Positions 34,581-45,522 of a stretch of 50,803 nucleotides of DNA are shown one piece after another (the stretch's first letter is position 1; every line of letters starts with the position of its first letter). The notes beneath the pieces were generated by a model. It was not told the origin of the DNA. It was given only the letters and a program-made list of their open reading frames with translations, and ran no database searches. The position numbers and the translations under genes were made by a program. The stretch comes from Squatina squatina (taxonomy: Eukaryota): the NCBI GenBank assembly GCA_031763465.1, contig JARFOE010000203.1, positions 6,205,208-6,256,010 of the forward strand. Direction: 5' to 3'.

Positions 34581-35478
34581 GTAAGTGTTAGGAGTTGTCA
34601 CAACAAACAATACGGGACACTACAATTCCTCTCTGAATTCCTGCAGATTGATGTGAAAGTGGGAGTGCGGGACGTTGCGGGGGGTGGGGTGCGCGGTGGG
34701 AGGGGTGCTGAAATCAGAAAAATGTACTTGAGCACCATCAAGTGGTCATTGGGTGATGACTGGATTGGGCTCGGTTGTGATGCCTTGCAGTGTCAAATAG
34801 CAGCCCGCTTGATCGGCATCCCATCCGCCACCTCTTCATTTACTTTGGTGAGCTGCAGGGTGCTAAACGGACATCTCAATAGGTTGAAGCTGGCCAATAT
34901 CTGGGTGCCATCAGTGTAAATGCGAGTCCCAGAGTGGCAGAGGCCTAGAGTACTTTAGTCGGGCCCAGGAGGGGCCCTCCTGCTGCTCGGGGCCCGAAAG
35001 AAATAANNNNNNNNNNNNNNNNNNNNNNNNNNNNNNNNNNNNNNNNNNNNNNNNNNNNNNNNNNNNNNNNNNNNNNNNNNNNNNNNNNNNNNNNNNNNNN
35101 NNNNNNTACAGTATTGTAGCTGCTAATCCCTTTTACCATTATCAATGGTGACAAATGGTAATCAATTGGTTAGCATTTAAGTCTGTGCACAGCCATGTGA
35201 CTTAAATTATTATTATATAAGAGAATGTTACAAGTTGGATTTGACCTTCTGTGCTATTGGAATATAGGTCATAGTTGATGAAAATAGTAGTGCTTATGAT
35301 GGTTTAGCACACTTTATAGCTCAAGTATCTAATTGTGCGATTAGGGGCTATTATTAGACCTGGTATTATACAGATAACTGGACAGGGCTGTTGAAGCAGC
35401 GAGTGCTCATTAACTATTTGGGAAATTTGTACAGAACATTTTTCTTTAAAATTATATACTGGTTTTGTTTAATCACAG

Positions 35479-35616
35479 GCACTTAAAGGAATGGCAATTG
35501 ACAGACACTTGCTGGGCCTGAAGCTGCAGGCTATTGAAGAAGGTCTAAGTGTGCCGGAGATCTTCATGGACACCTCTTTTGCTGTGGCAACACACTGGAG
35601 GCTCTCGACAGGGCAG
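35479..35616 (+). CDS. CRAT: CRAT-like penultimate exon (138 nt)
   Basis: cacag|ALKGMAIDRHLLGLKLQAIEEGLSVPEIFMDTSFAVATHWRLSTGQ|gtgcgt; DRHLLGL motif; absent from the ORF track. Confidence 0.88.
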
Positions 35617-35756
35617 GTGCGTTTAAGCTGGGCATAGGAAATAATGAACGCTTCAGTGCTGGTGTCGATAGTCTGAACCCTCATGGAGGTTACCACAAAG
35701 CAGCCATTCCCAGATGTTCTTCATTGTCTCACTTTTGACAGTCCTGGAACAGCAAT

Positions 35757-36210
35757 AAGACCATAAGAAGACCAAAAGAAATAGGAACCAGGGGTAGGCC
35801 ATTCAGCCCCTCGAGCCTGCTCCGCCATTCAATGAGATCATGGCTAATCTGCGATCTAACTCCAGATACCCGCCTTTGCCCCATATCCCTGAACACCTTT
35901 GGTTAACAAAAATGTATCAATCTCCAATTTAAAATTAACAATTAATCTAGCATCAATTGCTGTTTGCAGAGGAGAGTTCCAAACTTCTACCACCCTTTGT
36001 GTGTACAGGTGTTTCCTAATTTCACTCCTGAAAGGTCTGGCTCTAATTTTTAGACTACGCCCCCTACTCCTGGACTCCCCAACCAGCGGAAATAGTTTCT
36101 CTTTATCTACAGTATCTGTTTCCTTTAATATCTTGAAAACTTCGATCGGAGCACCCTTAACCGTCTAAATTCGAGGCAATACAACCCTAATGTTTGTGAT
36201 CGCTCCTCAT
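35757..36210 (-). mobile_element. CR1 LINE 3' end
   Basis: aggccattcagcccctcgagcctgctccgccattcaatgagatcatggct (reverse of the CR1 tail) plus the ORF2 end. Confidence 0.85.
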
Positions 36211-36261
36211 TTTCAACTTTCTTCTTTCGTACGGTAGTAGCAAAGCAAATCAAATGTCAAT

Positions 36262-36530
36262 ATCTAAGTCAGATATCCAGGTAATCCAGTATAACAGCCT
36301 GGATATCTTGTAGGCTGCCGGTGAATTTCCTCCTGAGGGCAGTGCTCAATGATGTGCTCCAGGGTCTGTTGAGGAGTTCCACAGTCACATGATGGGGATG
36401 CATGAATCTTCCAGCTATGGAGAAGGTGGCAGCTTCGACCACTTGATGAGGCACTTGATGGTTGTCCACTGTTTGTGAAGAAGGTTTGATTCTTTAGGTT
36501 GTACTGTGGTTTCACAGTGCCCGATTGCAA
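36262..36530 (-). mobile_element. Non-LTR retrotransposon C-terminal zinc-knuckle fragment (I/Ingi/Vingi-like)
   Basis: SPSCDCGTPQQTLEHIIEHCP CCHC motif. Confidence 0.6.
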
Positions 36531-37093
36531 TAGTCATTCTGTGACATCTTAAAATATTGCAGCCCTGTTACTGCTGGGAGTTATTTTAGTATTTTTACTG
36601 AATGGCAGGATTGCCAGCGCGAGTATGTTACAAAAGATTAAGCTATATCCATAATTGATACACATTCGAGGAGTGTATTTCAATACTTTAGGCCCAATGA
36701 ATTCCATATTTGTGCAATGTTTTAGGGTGTACTACAGACTGATACAACATTTTCATCAGCAGCAGCCAAATCGCTCATGAAAGTAAAAGTACCAAAACAT
36801 AGGAGTAGAACCGGAATGAAAAAGCTCAGGAGGACGGCCTCAGTAAGTAGTGATCTAACAATGTAGGAGGAAGGGAGAGAATGCGAAGTTCAGTGTGCAT
36901 TTAATGTCCAATGCAGAGTGAAAACACACTTGGCATTACCAATAGCAGCAGAGCACATACGGGGTGAAATCGGTCTTGGGGAGGTGGTGCATNNNNNNNN
37001 NNNNNNNNNNNNNNNNNNNNNNNNNNNNNNNNNNNNNNNNNNNNNNNNNNNNNNNNNNNNNNNNNNNNNNNNNNNNNNNNNNNNNNNNNNNNA

Positions 37094-37590
37094 TACCATC
37101 CAGGATGACTGGCACGCCATCCACCACCTTAAATATTCACTCCCTGCACCACCTGGCTGCAGCGTGGTGCATCTACAAGATGCACTGCAGCAACTTGCTG
37201 AGGTTTCTTTGGCAACACCTCCTAAACCCATGGTCTCTGCCACCTAGAAAGACAAGGACTGCAGGCGCATGGGAACACTACAACCTGCAAGTTCCCCTCC
37301 AAGTTACACACCATCCTGACTTGGAAATATATCGCCATTTCTTCATCGTTGCTGGGCCAAAATCCTGGAGCTCCCTCCCTAGCAGCATTATGGGCGTACC
37401 TTCACCACACAAGCTTCAGCGGTTCAAGGAAGGGGCTCACCACCACCTTGCCAGCATGGCCTGGTTGGGCCGAATGGCCTGGTTTCTGTGCTGTATATCC
37501 TATGTAATTCTCAAGGGCAATTAGGGATGGGCAATAAGTGCTGGCAATTGTCAGCGATGCCCACATCCCAGGAACGAATTAAAAAGAAAT
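37094..37590 (+). mobile_element. CR1-superfamily (Crack/L2-group-like) LINE 3' end with a short CR1/SINE tail inserted
   Basis: PSTTLNIHSLHH...CIYKMHCSN...FIVAGPKSWSSLP...LQRFKEGAHHHL. Confidence 0.7.
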
Positions 37591-37816
37591 GTTAACCAGT
37601 GCACAGAAGGGGGAAATGAAATTCCTGATTTGTCAGTGAATAGTTTCGATTGATTTTTAAAAATTTTTTTTTATTTATGAATGTTTATTCATGAAAAGAC
37701 AAATCTATTTTCATTTGTTTCCTGTTTTTTTCATTGCTCTTAGTGGAATCTTGCTGTGCAACATGCCTGGGGCTAAAGTATCCAAAGCAATTCTTGTATG
37801 TGAAGCGCTTTAAGAT

Positions 37817-37904
37817 GTTTGGTTGAAATGCATCTGTTACACTGTCAGCCTAGATTGTGTGTTTGGTTGAAATGCATTTGTTACACTGTCAGCCTAGATT
37901 GTGT
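37817..37904. repeat. 44-bp direct tandem duplication within a decayed SINE
   Basis: gtttggttgaaatgcat(c/t)tgttacactgtcagcctagattgtgt occurs twice. Confidence 0.85.
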
Positions 37905-38448
37905 GTTTGGTTCTGGGAGCGTAGCTTGGACCTATAACCTTCTGACTCTGATTACCGCTAAGTTCAGACAAACTTCACCAACGTAATTCCCTGCCTTGTC
38001 AATGCCTGTGCCTAATTTGCATGCAAGAACTCGTCATTTGTGTAATGAGCTTTGCACTTTCATTCTTCTGGCATCGTGCGAACTACAACCAACCAATGCA
38101 CCTCATATCAATCACCCTTTGTTTCTCTCTCTGACTTATGAGCTTTGGTTGGTCCAATTTACTGAAGAAACTGCAATCCTGTCTGTCGTCAATCCTGGCA
38201 GCCTCTGCATCCATCCAGGATCTGACACTTTGGCCGAGGTTCAGTCTCTGACTCACTGAACAGTCTGGGTCAGGAGTAAAGCTGTGAGGATGGGGTGGCG
38301 ATAGCAACGTGTAGTTTCAGTTTCCTGAGCTTGCAGGGTCCAAAATTGTAAGCCTGGTAGAGGTGGAGTTAATTCATGTACAATGCATGTGTCAGCTGTT
38401 TTGATGTTGAAAGATTGGCCTTAACCTTGAACCTTTTCTCCTATATAG

Positions 38449-38664
38449 GTGCCCGCCAGAACAGACTGCGTGATGTGCTTCGGTCCCATGGTGCCAGATG
38501 GATATGGTGTCTGGTACAATCCCCTACAAGATCATATCAATTTCTCTGTCTCTGCCTTCAACTGTTGTGAAGAGACTAACGCAGAATGGTTTTCAAAATC
38601 TCTGGAGGCTGCACTGTCAGACATGCAAAACTTAGTTTTAGAGACATCTAATCAGACTGCATAG
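38449..38664 (+). CDS. CRAT: CRAT-like last coding exon
   Basis: tatag|VPARTDCVMCFGPMVPDGYGVWYNP...SLEAALSDMQNLVLETSNQTA*; FGPxVPDGYGV motif. Confidence 0.88.
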   Translation: MPARTDCVMCFGPMVPDGYGVWYNPLQDHINFSVSAFNCCEETNAEWFSKSLEAALSDMQNLVLETSNQTA

Positions 38665-39680
38665 GAGAATATGACAGGAAGAGTCATTCTCCTGTACAGG
38701 GAGCTCGATACAGCCTTTTATTGAGAGGTCACCTTGCAAACTGAACCAAATTGGTTGGTTCAGGCAGATGGCTCTTTGATCCAGATGGCCCAACAACTGA
38801 ATTGTTAGTCGGTACCCACCATAATGCCTATTTGTAAGATGCTGGAAGCTGTTTAAGACCAAGAATCTGCTTTTATTCCCAGTAATGAAAGGTCAAAGTG
38901 CAATGTCTTTGTTCCCATAATGTAGCTGAGGAAACCCAAGTTATCATCTGTATAGTAAAAAAGGTGTCTTGCATTTGCATTNNNNNNNNNNNNNNNNNNN
39001 NNNNNNNNNNNNNNNNNNNNNNNNNNNNNNNNNNNNNNNNNNNNNNNNNNNNNNNNNNNNNNNNNNNNNNNNNNNNNNNNNTGCTTTCTGAATAAATATC
39101 GTTGTTAGAAACCACATAAAAAGTTAGACCCATTCAAATGAGGTTTAACTGGGTTTTTAATGGCAATCTCTAATAACTACTGATAAACAACAGTTCTGAC
39201 CCTGAAAAACTAATTTTATATTGGTGGAATGTCAAATTTCTCCATTAAGTTTAAAAATTATTAGATTTTAAAATCAAAAATATTTTTTAAAGTTTGTTCA
39301 TCGTATTTGAGCTTCTACTTCAACCCAATGTATGTCAAAGAAAATCTTCCTTTTGCTCTCTGTATTAAGAAGTGACTGATCATTAGTGCATTCTCTTCCT
39401 TGTCTGTGAGAATTCTGCAATGTGATTGGCTGTTTCGACAGCTTGTTAACGTCACTGCAGCTCACACTATGGAATTCCCACTATACTACGTTGATTACAG
39501 CTGCACGTCGGAAAGGCCAAATCTCTCGCCACAGAAATCGCTAGATCTTTGTGGGAAGTTTATTTCGGGGCCAGTGGCGAACACCTTTGCTTTGCCGCTG
39601 ACCACAAATTACGGGCCATAAGAGAGTAATAATTTTCATTAAACTTAAATATAGTACTGATGATTAAATTTACATTGTAG

Positions 39681-39965
39681 GTATTGGACACCAGCCCTGG
39701 ATTAACCTGGAGGGAATCAATAAACAAGGAGTTCATCTGGTGTGTAAATCTGATGGGTGGTATCCTGAGCCAAATGTACAGTGGCTGGCTGGGAATGGGC
39801 AAGTTGTAACTCCACAATCTGTATCAACACACAAAAGTGACTCCAGTGGCCTTTTTACTGTTCTGACTCAAATTGATGTAACAAGTGGTTCTGTGAACAG
39901 ATTCTCCTGTCTAATGCAAAACAGTTTATTGAACAAAGAGGAAGAGGCCCATCTCCAGATATCAG
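39681..39965 (+). CDS. Second butyrophilin/BTNL IgC exon (285 nt, phase 1-1)
   Basis: tgtag|GIGHQPWINLEGINKQGVHLVCKSDGWYPEPNVQWLAGNGQ...FSCLMQNSLLNKEEEAHLQIS|gtgtgt; paralog of 21807-22091. Confidence 0.85.
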
Positions 39966-40741
39966 GTGTGTGAGCAGCTTTTCATTGTTTTATAACAAAA
40001 CTTGCTGTGAAAATTTGTTCCCTCCTGTCTTGACGGTACTGACTGACTGGATATGGTTCCATCGTCATCAGTTATCCTCTGGTATGTCTTCCTGATGCTA
40101 TTTGTCATACGTGAGGCCCGATAGCTGGCTAGTCAAGTATTGGGGTACGACAGCCGAGCCCAATCCTATCCTCTTCCACCATCCACACGTGCACAATCCA
40201 GCAGAGGTCACAGGCTAGCATTCCACACCAGAAACATTGACTAACTTTATTTTTCACCCTTGGGCCAATTGTATTGCCTCCCCTTCTGCTGCCCTAGCTG
40301 TGACTTGCTCACTCAGTGGGGACAAGGAATGGAACCTGGGATTTTCTGGTCGTATGGGTTGCTTACACCCTAGTTTCATCAGCTAGGTCATTGGCGAACC
40401 AGCTGCAATCAGCTTTAAATGTGATATCATGACCTCCNNNNNNNNNNNNNNNNNNNNNNNNNNNNNNNNNNNNNNNNNNNNNNNNNNNNNNNNNNNNNNN
40501 NNNNNNNNNNNNNNNNNNNNNNNNNNNNNNNNNNNNNCTCACACATGAAGAATGTCCAATTGAACAAGGTGAGAGAGGGCTACTGTGTGAAACGGAGGGA
40601 AAAAAGGAAAGAACACTGAACGAAAAAGGAATATCAAAATCTGTGATAATAAAGGGATGGTCACATCTAGTATGATGTTAATGAACAGCAGAATTTCCCT
40701 GCACCCCGGGCTATCAACTCTAACCTTGTTTTCTCCTCAAG

Positions 40742-41034
40742 CCTTACAGGATGGAGGGCACCAAGCACCGATGTCACCTCCACCTTACCCAGTGCAGGAG
40801 GCCTCAGCAAACGGCACATCGGCAGGCTATTCGATGCCAATGCACCCTTCCACAATGACATTGGGCACAGACGGATTCGTCCAGGAGACTCAGTTTAACA
40901 GCTCATCTCAAGTCTATGCCATACCCACAAATCACCCCTCGGGGCCAATGTGGTCAGCAGGGTATGCACACCAAGGCTACGCCATGCAGTACCAGCCCTG
41001 TGCAGCTTACGTGCCAGTCTATCCCATGGCAAAT
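40742..41034 (+). CDS. PRRT1: PRRT1 (SynDIG4)-like proline-rich exon; acceptor at 40741 or 40749 uncertain
   Basis: SPPPYP...GYAMQYQPCAAYVPVYPMAN|gtgagt matches the PRRT1 QPCTAYVPVYP motif. Confidence 0.8.
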
Positions 41035-41689
41035 GTGAGTAAGACTCTTGTATGAAGGGTATCACAGTGGGGCGAGGCAAAGGCCCCAGGTACTGGCTGT
41101 GTTAGGTCAATGTTGTCTTCATATTGTCCCACAGTGAAGAGTGCAAAGATTGGCATGCTGAGAAGTGAACACTCCTTTCATAGCCAGAACCATCCTTCCA
41201 CCAGACACTAGGGTAGGTTAGTCCTTATAGGGTGGGAGGGTTTCATGAGTTTTACACAACCCATATGATGATGGGACAGGCCACCTAAACCCACCAGACA
41301 CAAGTATCCTGCTGGATGCTCACCAGCTGGAACTTCAGTCTCCTCTCACCGGGAGTGCCCGGAGCAGGATTTGAACCCGGCACCTTCTGACTCCGAGGCG
41401 GGAACGCTACTGCTAAGCCAAAGGCTCGCTCCACCAACAATAGGAGGGGAACCTGAGGCAACCACCTCTCCATGACGGCAGGTGGTGAATTTTCCAGCCA
41501 CATGGGGAGGGCGGGCACCAGAGATGTATCCATACTGCCTGTTGCATCCTATTGTCCATGCAAATTAGGTGCATTCCCACTGACCCTGGCAACTCCGCAA
41601 GGGCCGGTGCTGGAGGGAACTGATGGGTGCGATCTCAACATTACTGCCAGGATTGCACCCTGAGGAATTTCAATGTTCCTGTCTGTACA

Positions 41690-41870
41690 GTGATTCGAAT
41701 CGCCAATTAATCAATGGGAAATAGGCTGGGAATTTCCTGACTCTTGTCTATAAAGTGATTTGAGTTGCCAATTACTCTTTGGAAAAGAGGTTGGGAATAT
41801 CCTGGATCCTATCTTGACAGTGATTACAATCACCAATTACTCAATGGGAGAGAGGTTGGGAATTTCAAGG
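41690..41870. repeat. Three diverged 65-bp tandem units in PRRT1 intron
   Basis: gtgatt...ccaatta...gggaat(t/a)tc units start at about 41690, 41755 and 41820. Confidence 0.7.
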
Positions 41871-41952
41871 CTTCCCAGGCTGATCCTCCAACTCAGGACT
41901 GACTGTCTCAAGTGATGCTTACAATCTGAAACTGAGCTTCTCTTCTCCTCAG

Positions 41953-42132
41953 AATGTGGGACCATATCTCCCCGGAAACAACGGGATTACATCAGGCGGG
42001 CAACAGATGCCATCTTCCATCGCAATGATGAACCCCCCACGACCCCCTCACGATTACCTACCCATCGCAGTGTTGACTACAGTGTGCTGTTTCTGGCCAA
42101 CTGGGATTTTTGCCATAATTAAAGCTGTACAG
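41953..42132 (+). CDS. PRRT1: PRRT1 CD225/dispanin-domain exon, copy A (180 nt)
   Basis: ctcag|NVGPYLPG...RPPHDYLPIAVLTTVCCFWPTGIFAIIKAVQ|gtgagt. Confidence 0.9.
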
Positions 42133-42339
42133 GTGAGTGTCCATGCTGCCTCATCTCCTGTCCCGTGTGAAGAAGCAGGTTCACCATGGCATGAAGTGCC
42201 ATTTACAATAACCCCAATTAATATCAAACTGAACCAATGATTAAATTAGAGAAGTTGTTTTGAATACACTATTAGATACCGCCGCCATTGAGTGTTGACT
42301 ATGTGACTTTCCCTTTAAGAGAGGTGAATCTGCTGTGGG

Positions 42340-42722
42340 TGTAGATACGTAGGTAAGTATATGTGTGTGGTGTGTATGTGGTGTGTGTAGACATGTAGCT
42401 AAGTATGTGTGTGTGTGTGTAGATCTGTAGGCAAGTGTGTTTGTGTGGTGTAAGGGTGTAGATGGGTGTGTACATGGGTGTGAGTGTGTATATGTGTGTG
42501 TAGATCTGTAGGCAACTGTGTATATGGTTATGTGTGTGTATGTGATATGTATGTGTGTAGATCTGTAAGTGTGTGTGTCGTGTGTGTATATGGATATGAG
42601 TGTGTGTGTAGATCTATAAGTAGATGTGTGTGTCATGTGAGTGTGTACTCGGGTGTGTGTGTGTGCATATGTGTGCAAGTGTGTATGTGTGTGTGTGCAT
42701 GTGCGCATTTGAGTGTGTGTGT
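42340..42722. repeat. (TG)-rich compound microsatellite with recurrent gtagatctgtag
   Basis: Directly visible low-complexity TG tract. Confidence 0.9.
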
Positions 42723-42988
42723 NNNNNNNNNNNNNNNNNNNNNNNNNNNNNNNNNNNNNNNNNNNNNNNNNNNNNNNNNNNNNNNNNNNNNNNNNNNNNN
42801 NNNNNNNNNNNNNNNNNNNNNNCTGATTTTTACTCCTCATTGAAGTCAAAGGAGAGTAGTATTGGTCGTCATATTATTATCACTGGCTGTACCTTCATCA
42901 GATGTGTGTGACTCCTGACATCAAGCCAATTGCAATGTTATTAAATCTGCGAAGGAGTTTAACTCAATACTCTCCGATTCTCTTCCAG

Positions 42989-43174
42989 CATCCTCAGCCC
43001 TATCTGCCAGTGTACAGTGGAATTCCACCAGGCACACAGCAGTCTCGGGTCCCTTCGGGATTCCGAATCGTAGAACCACAAAGGCCGCCTCATGACTACT
43101 TGCCCATCGCTGTGCTGACCACAGTTTGCTGTTTCTGGCCAACAGGAATCATTGCCATTATTAAAGCCCTGGAG
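42989..43174 (+). CDS. PRRT1-like CD225 exon, copy B (186 nt)
   Basis: tccag|HPQPYLPVYSG...EPQRPPHDYLPIAVLTTVCCFWPTGIIAIIKALE|gtaaaa. Confidence 0.85.
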
Positions 43175-44145
43175 GTAAAATATTCCCTGCTCAGTTATTT
43201 CACCAATAAATCATTAGTGGAAACGACAGTCCTGCCAATTGACCTCGTTTCAGCTCGCTGAGATATATTCAAGTGACAGATTTACTGAATTGAGTACATT
43301 GGAATTTCCATGTTTTGTTTGCATTCTGTTAAAATCCAGCCTCGCAACATTCAACTCCAACTTCACATGAATATCCATTCGTCCGTTGTTTAAACCCAGT
43401 AGAATGCAGAGCGGGAGTAAAAAGCACCCAGTGGCGACAGAAGGGTCACCATGGGGCTAACTAAAGTGGGTTTTGTAAAAAAAATAAAATGCCTTTTTGA
43501 TAATTTTACTGAATCTTTAGGCAGCAGTTTTGCTTCATAACAGATTTATTTTCAGTACTTTAATATACTCTATCTGTGTTGGTTCTTGTACTTGTAGATA
43601 TGTCTGCAGAGACACTTTATGCTAAACAGGTTAACACGTCTGTTAAAATAGCAAACAATGGAATATGATATAATGCATTAAGAATTTGCTTGCTTTCACT
43701 GCAAGCAGTAATTTCTAGGCTCATATCTGTTGTGTCTCTGGTTCTCTCTGATTATCCTGGTGTGTCTATGACCCCCGTGTGTGATTCCAATCGGCTCTAA
43801 TGAATCTGAGTAGGTGACAGGGTGAATCACCCTCCATTTGCTAGTCATCCGATAGCAACTATGTATAGAAACTAAATGTCTCCACACATTTCATTTCAGA
43901 ACCAACATGGCCTATTTTGATGTATGTCAGTGGTTAAAATAATCACAGCTCGATATCTTTAACCAAGTTTGCAAACTATGTGTTCCCACTGACAGTGAAT
44001 GTCATGGCCACCGTATCTCCAGTGTTAACCACTCTGCCGAAGAAGTGAATCCCCTCTGCCTGACTATAGGCTGTGCAGTGAGTAACCATCAATGGGAAGA
44101 GGCAGGTGCGAGGATTAACTCCTTCCGATAAGGTGGAAGCCTTTG

Positions 44146-44396
44146 TGTCAGCTGTGGTTCAGTGGGTAGCACCCTTGCCTTGGAGTCAGAAGGCCATGGG
44201 TTCAAGTTCCACTCCAGGGACTTGAGCACGAAATCTAGACTAACGCTCCAGTGCAGTACTGAGGGAGTGCTGCACCGTCTGAGGTGCCGTCTTTCAGATG
44301 AAATGTTAAAACTGTCTGCCCCCCTCAGGTGGATGTGAACGATCCAATTTCATAGAAGAGCAGGGGAGTACTCCCCAATGACCTGGTCAATAATCC
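44146..44396 (+). mobile_element. Deu-domain tRNA-SINE 5' part
   Basis: tgtcagctgtggttcagtgg (A box), ggttcaagttcc (B box), gagggagtgctgcaccgtctgaggtgccgtctttcagatga. Confidence 0.85.
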
Positions 44397-44714
44397 NNNN
44401 NNNNNNNNNNNNNNNNNNNNNNNNNNNNNNNNNNNNNNNNNNNNNNNNNNNNNNNNNNNNNNNNNNNNNNNNNNNNNNNNNNNNNNNNNNNNNNNNACTG
44501 GGTTTCACAGTAGTTTGGCGATTGGCAAGTATTATGATGGGGTTCCGCACATGCCCGAAACCTGACTGGCCAAGAGAAGGTACCATTCCTTTGTTGAGAG
44601 ATTGGGAAAGGCAGGAGCCTTTCCTTAGGCTTTTGAGAAGTTCACATGTGAGCTGCTGATTGGCAACCGACCATTTGAGCTGGAAAAGTGAAAGGGATAT
44701 TTGATGTTCCTTAC

Positions 44715-44856
44715 CCTGGATGTCTGGGTACTTCATCATGATGTAAAGTGCCCAGCGAATGGTGGTGGCCGCAGTTCCCATCCCAGCGATGAACAGATCA
44801 CTTGTTGTGATCAGCAAGTTCTTCTCGTGGAAGTACGTGTTTGGGTTTCCCGACTC
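44715..44856 (-). CDS. Cytochrome P450 family 2 (CYP2K-like) I-helix exon (142 nt)
   Basis: ESGNPNTYFHEKNLLITTSDLFIAGMGTAATTIRWALYIMMKYPDIQ|gtaagg; 142-nt phase 0-1 exon typical of CYP2 exon 6. Confidence 0.85.
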
Positions 44857-45094
44857 CTTGAAAAGAGAATGGAGGACCACAGAATTAGATCAGAATACTC
44901 CGTTTCTGTTAATCTGCAGTGTGCATTTTGACAATTCTCCATTTCTGTTATTCTATAGTGTGAGTTATTACTGTAAACTCTGTGTTGTATAAATTATCTC
45001 AGATCCTATTATTCTGGGGTTGTGAGTTAACACTGTAATCTCAGTTACTATTATTCTGTGTGATTGTCAAACAGTCAAAGATTCTATTAATCTG

Positions 45095-45522
45095 AAAGAA
45101 AGAAAGAAATTGCATTTATACAGCGCCTTTCACAACTCAGAATGTCCCAAAGCACTTTACAGCCAATGAAGTTTAGTCACTGTTGTAGGAAATGCAGCAG
45201 CCAATTTGTCCACAGCAAGATCCCACAAATGGCAATGTGATAATGACCAGATTTTGGTGATGTTGGTTGAGGGATAAATGTTGGCCCATGACAACGAGGA
45301 GGACTCCCCTGCTCTTATTCAAAATAGTGGCCGTGGGATCTTTTACATCCACCTGAGAGGGCAGATGCGGCCTCGGTTTCACGTCTCATCCGAAAGATGG
45401 CGCAGTGCTCCTTCAGTACTGCACTGGAGTGTCACCCTAGATTTTGTGTTCAAATCTCTGGAGTGGGACTGAACCCACAACCTTCTGACACAGAGGCGAG
45501 ACGCTACCCACTGAGTCAAGGC
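45095..45522 (-). mobile_element. Near full-length Deu-domain tRNA-SINE
   Basis: (gaaa)n ttgcatttatacagcgcc tail, full core and tRNA head ending ccactgagtcaaggct. Confidence 0.88.

Noticed and set aside
34200-34919. 239-aa single-exon ORF
   Set aside because: Only 34305-34580 is CRAT-like and is bounded by splice sites; the rest is intron read-through.
42241-42911. His/Thr- and Cys/Val-rich ORFs
   Set aside because: Translations of a TG microsatellite.
44146-44215. tRNA-like A/B boxes (also at 10985-11053, 17030-17092, 41365-41425 and 45465-45522)
   Set aside because: SINE heads attached to SINE bodies or decayed; no complete cloverleaf.
44715-44856. CYP21A2 (expected next to TNXB)
   Set aside because: Sequence and 142-nt exon size fit family 2 P450s (LF-AG--T--TT-RW-L--M-KYP-IQ), not CYP21.
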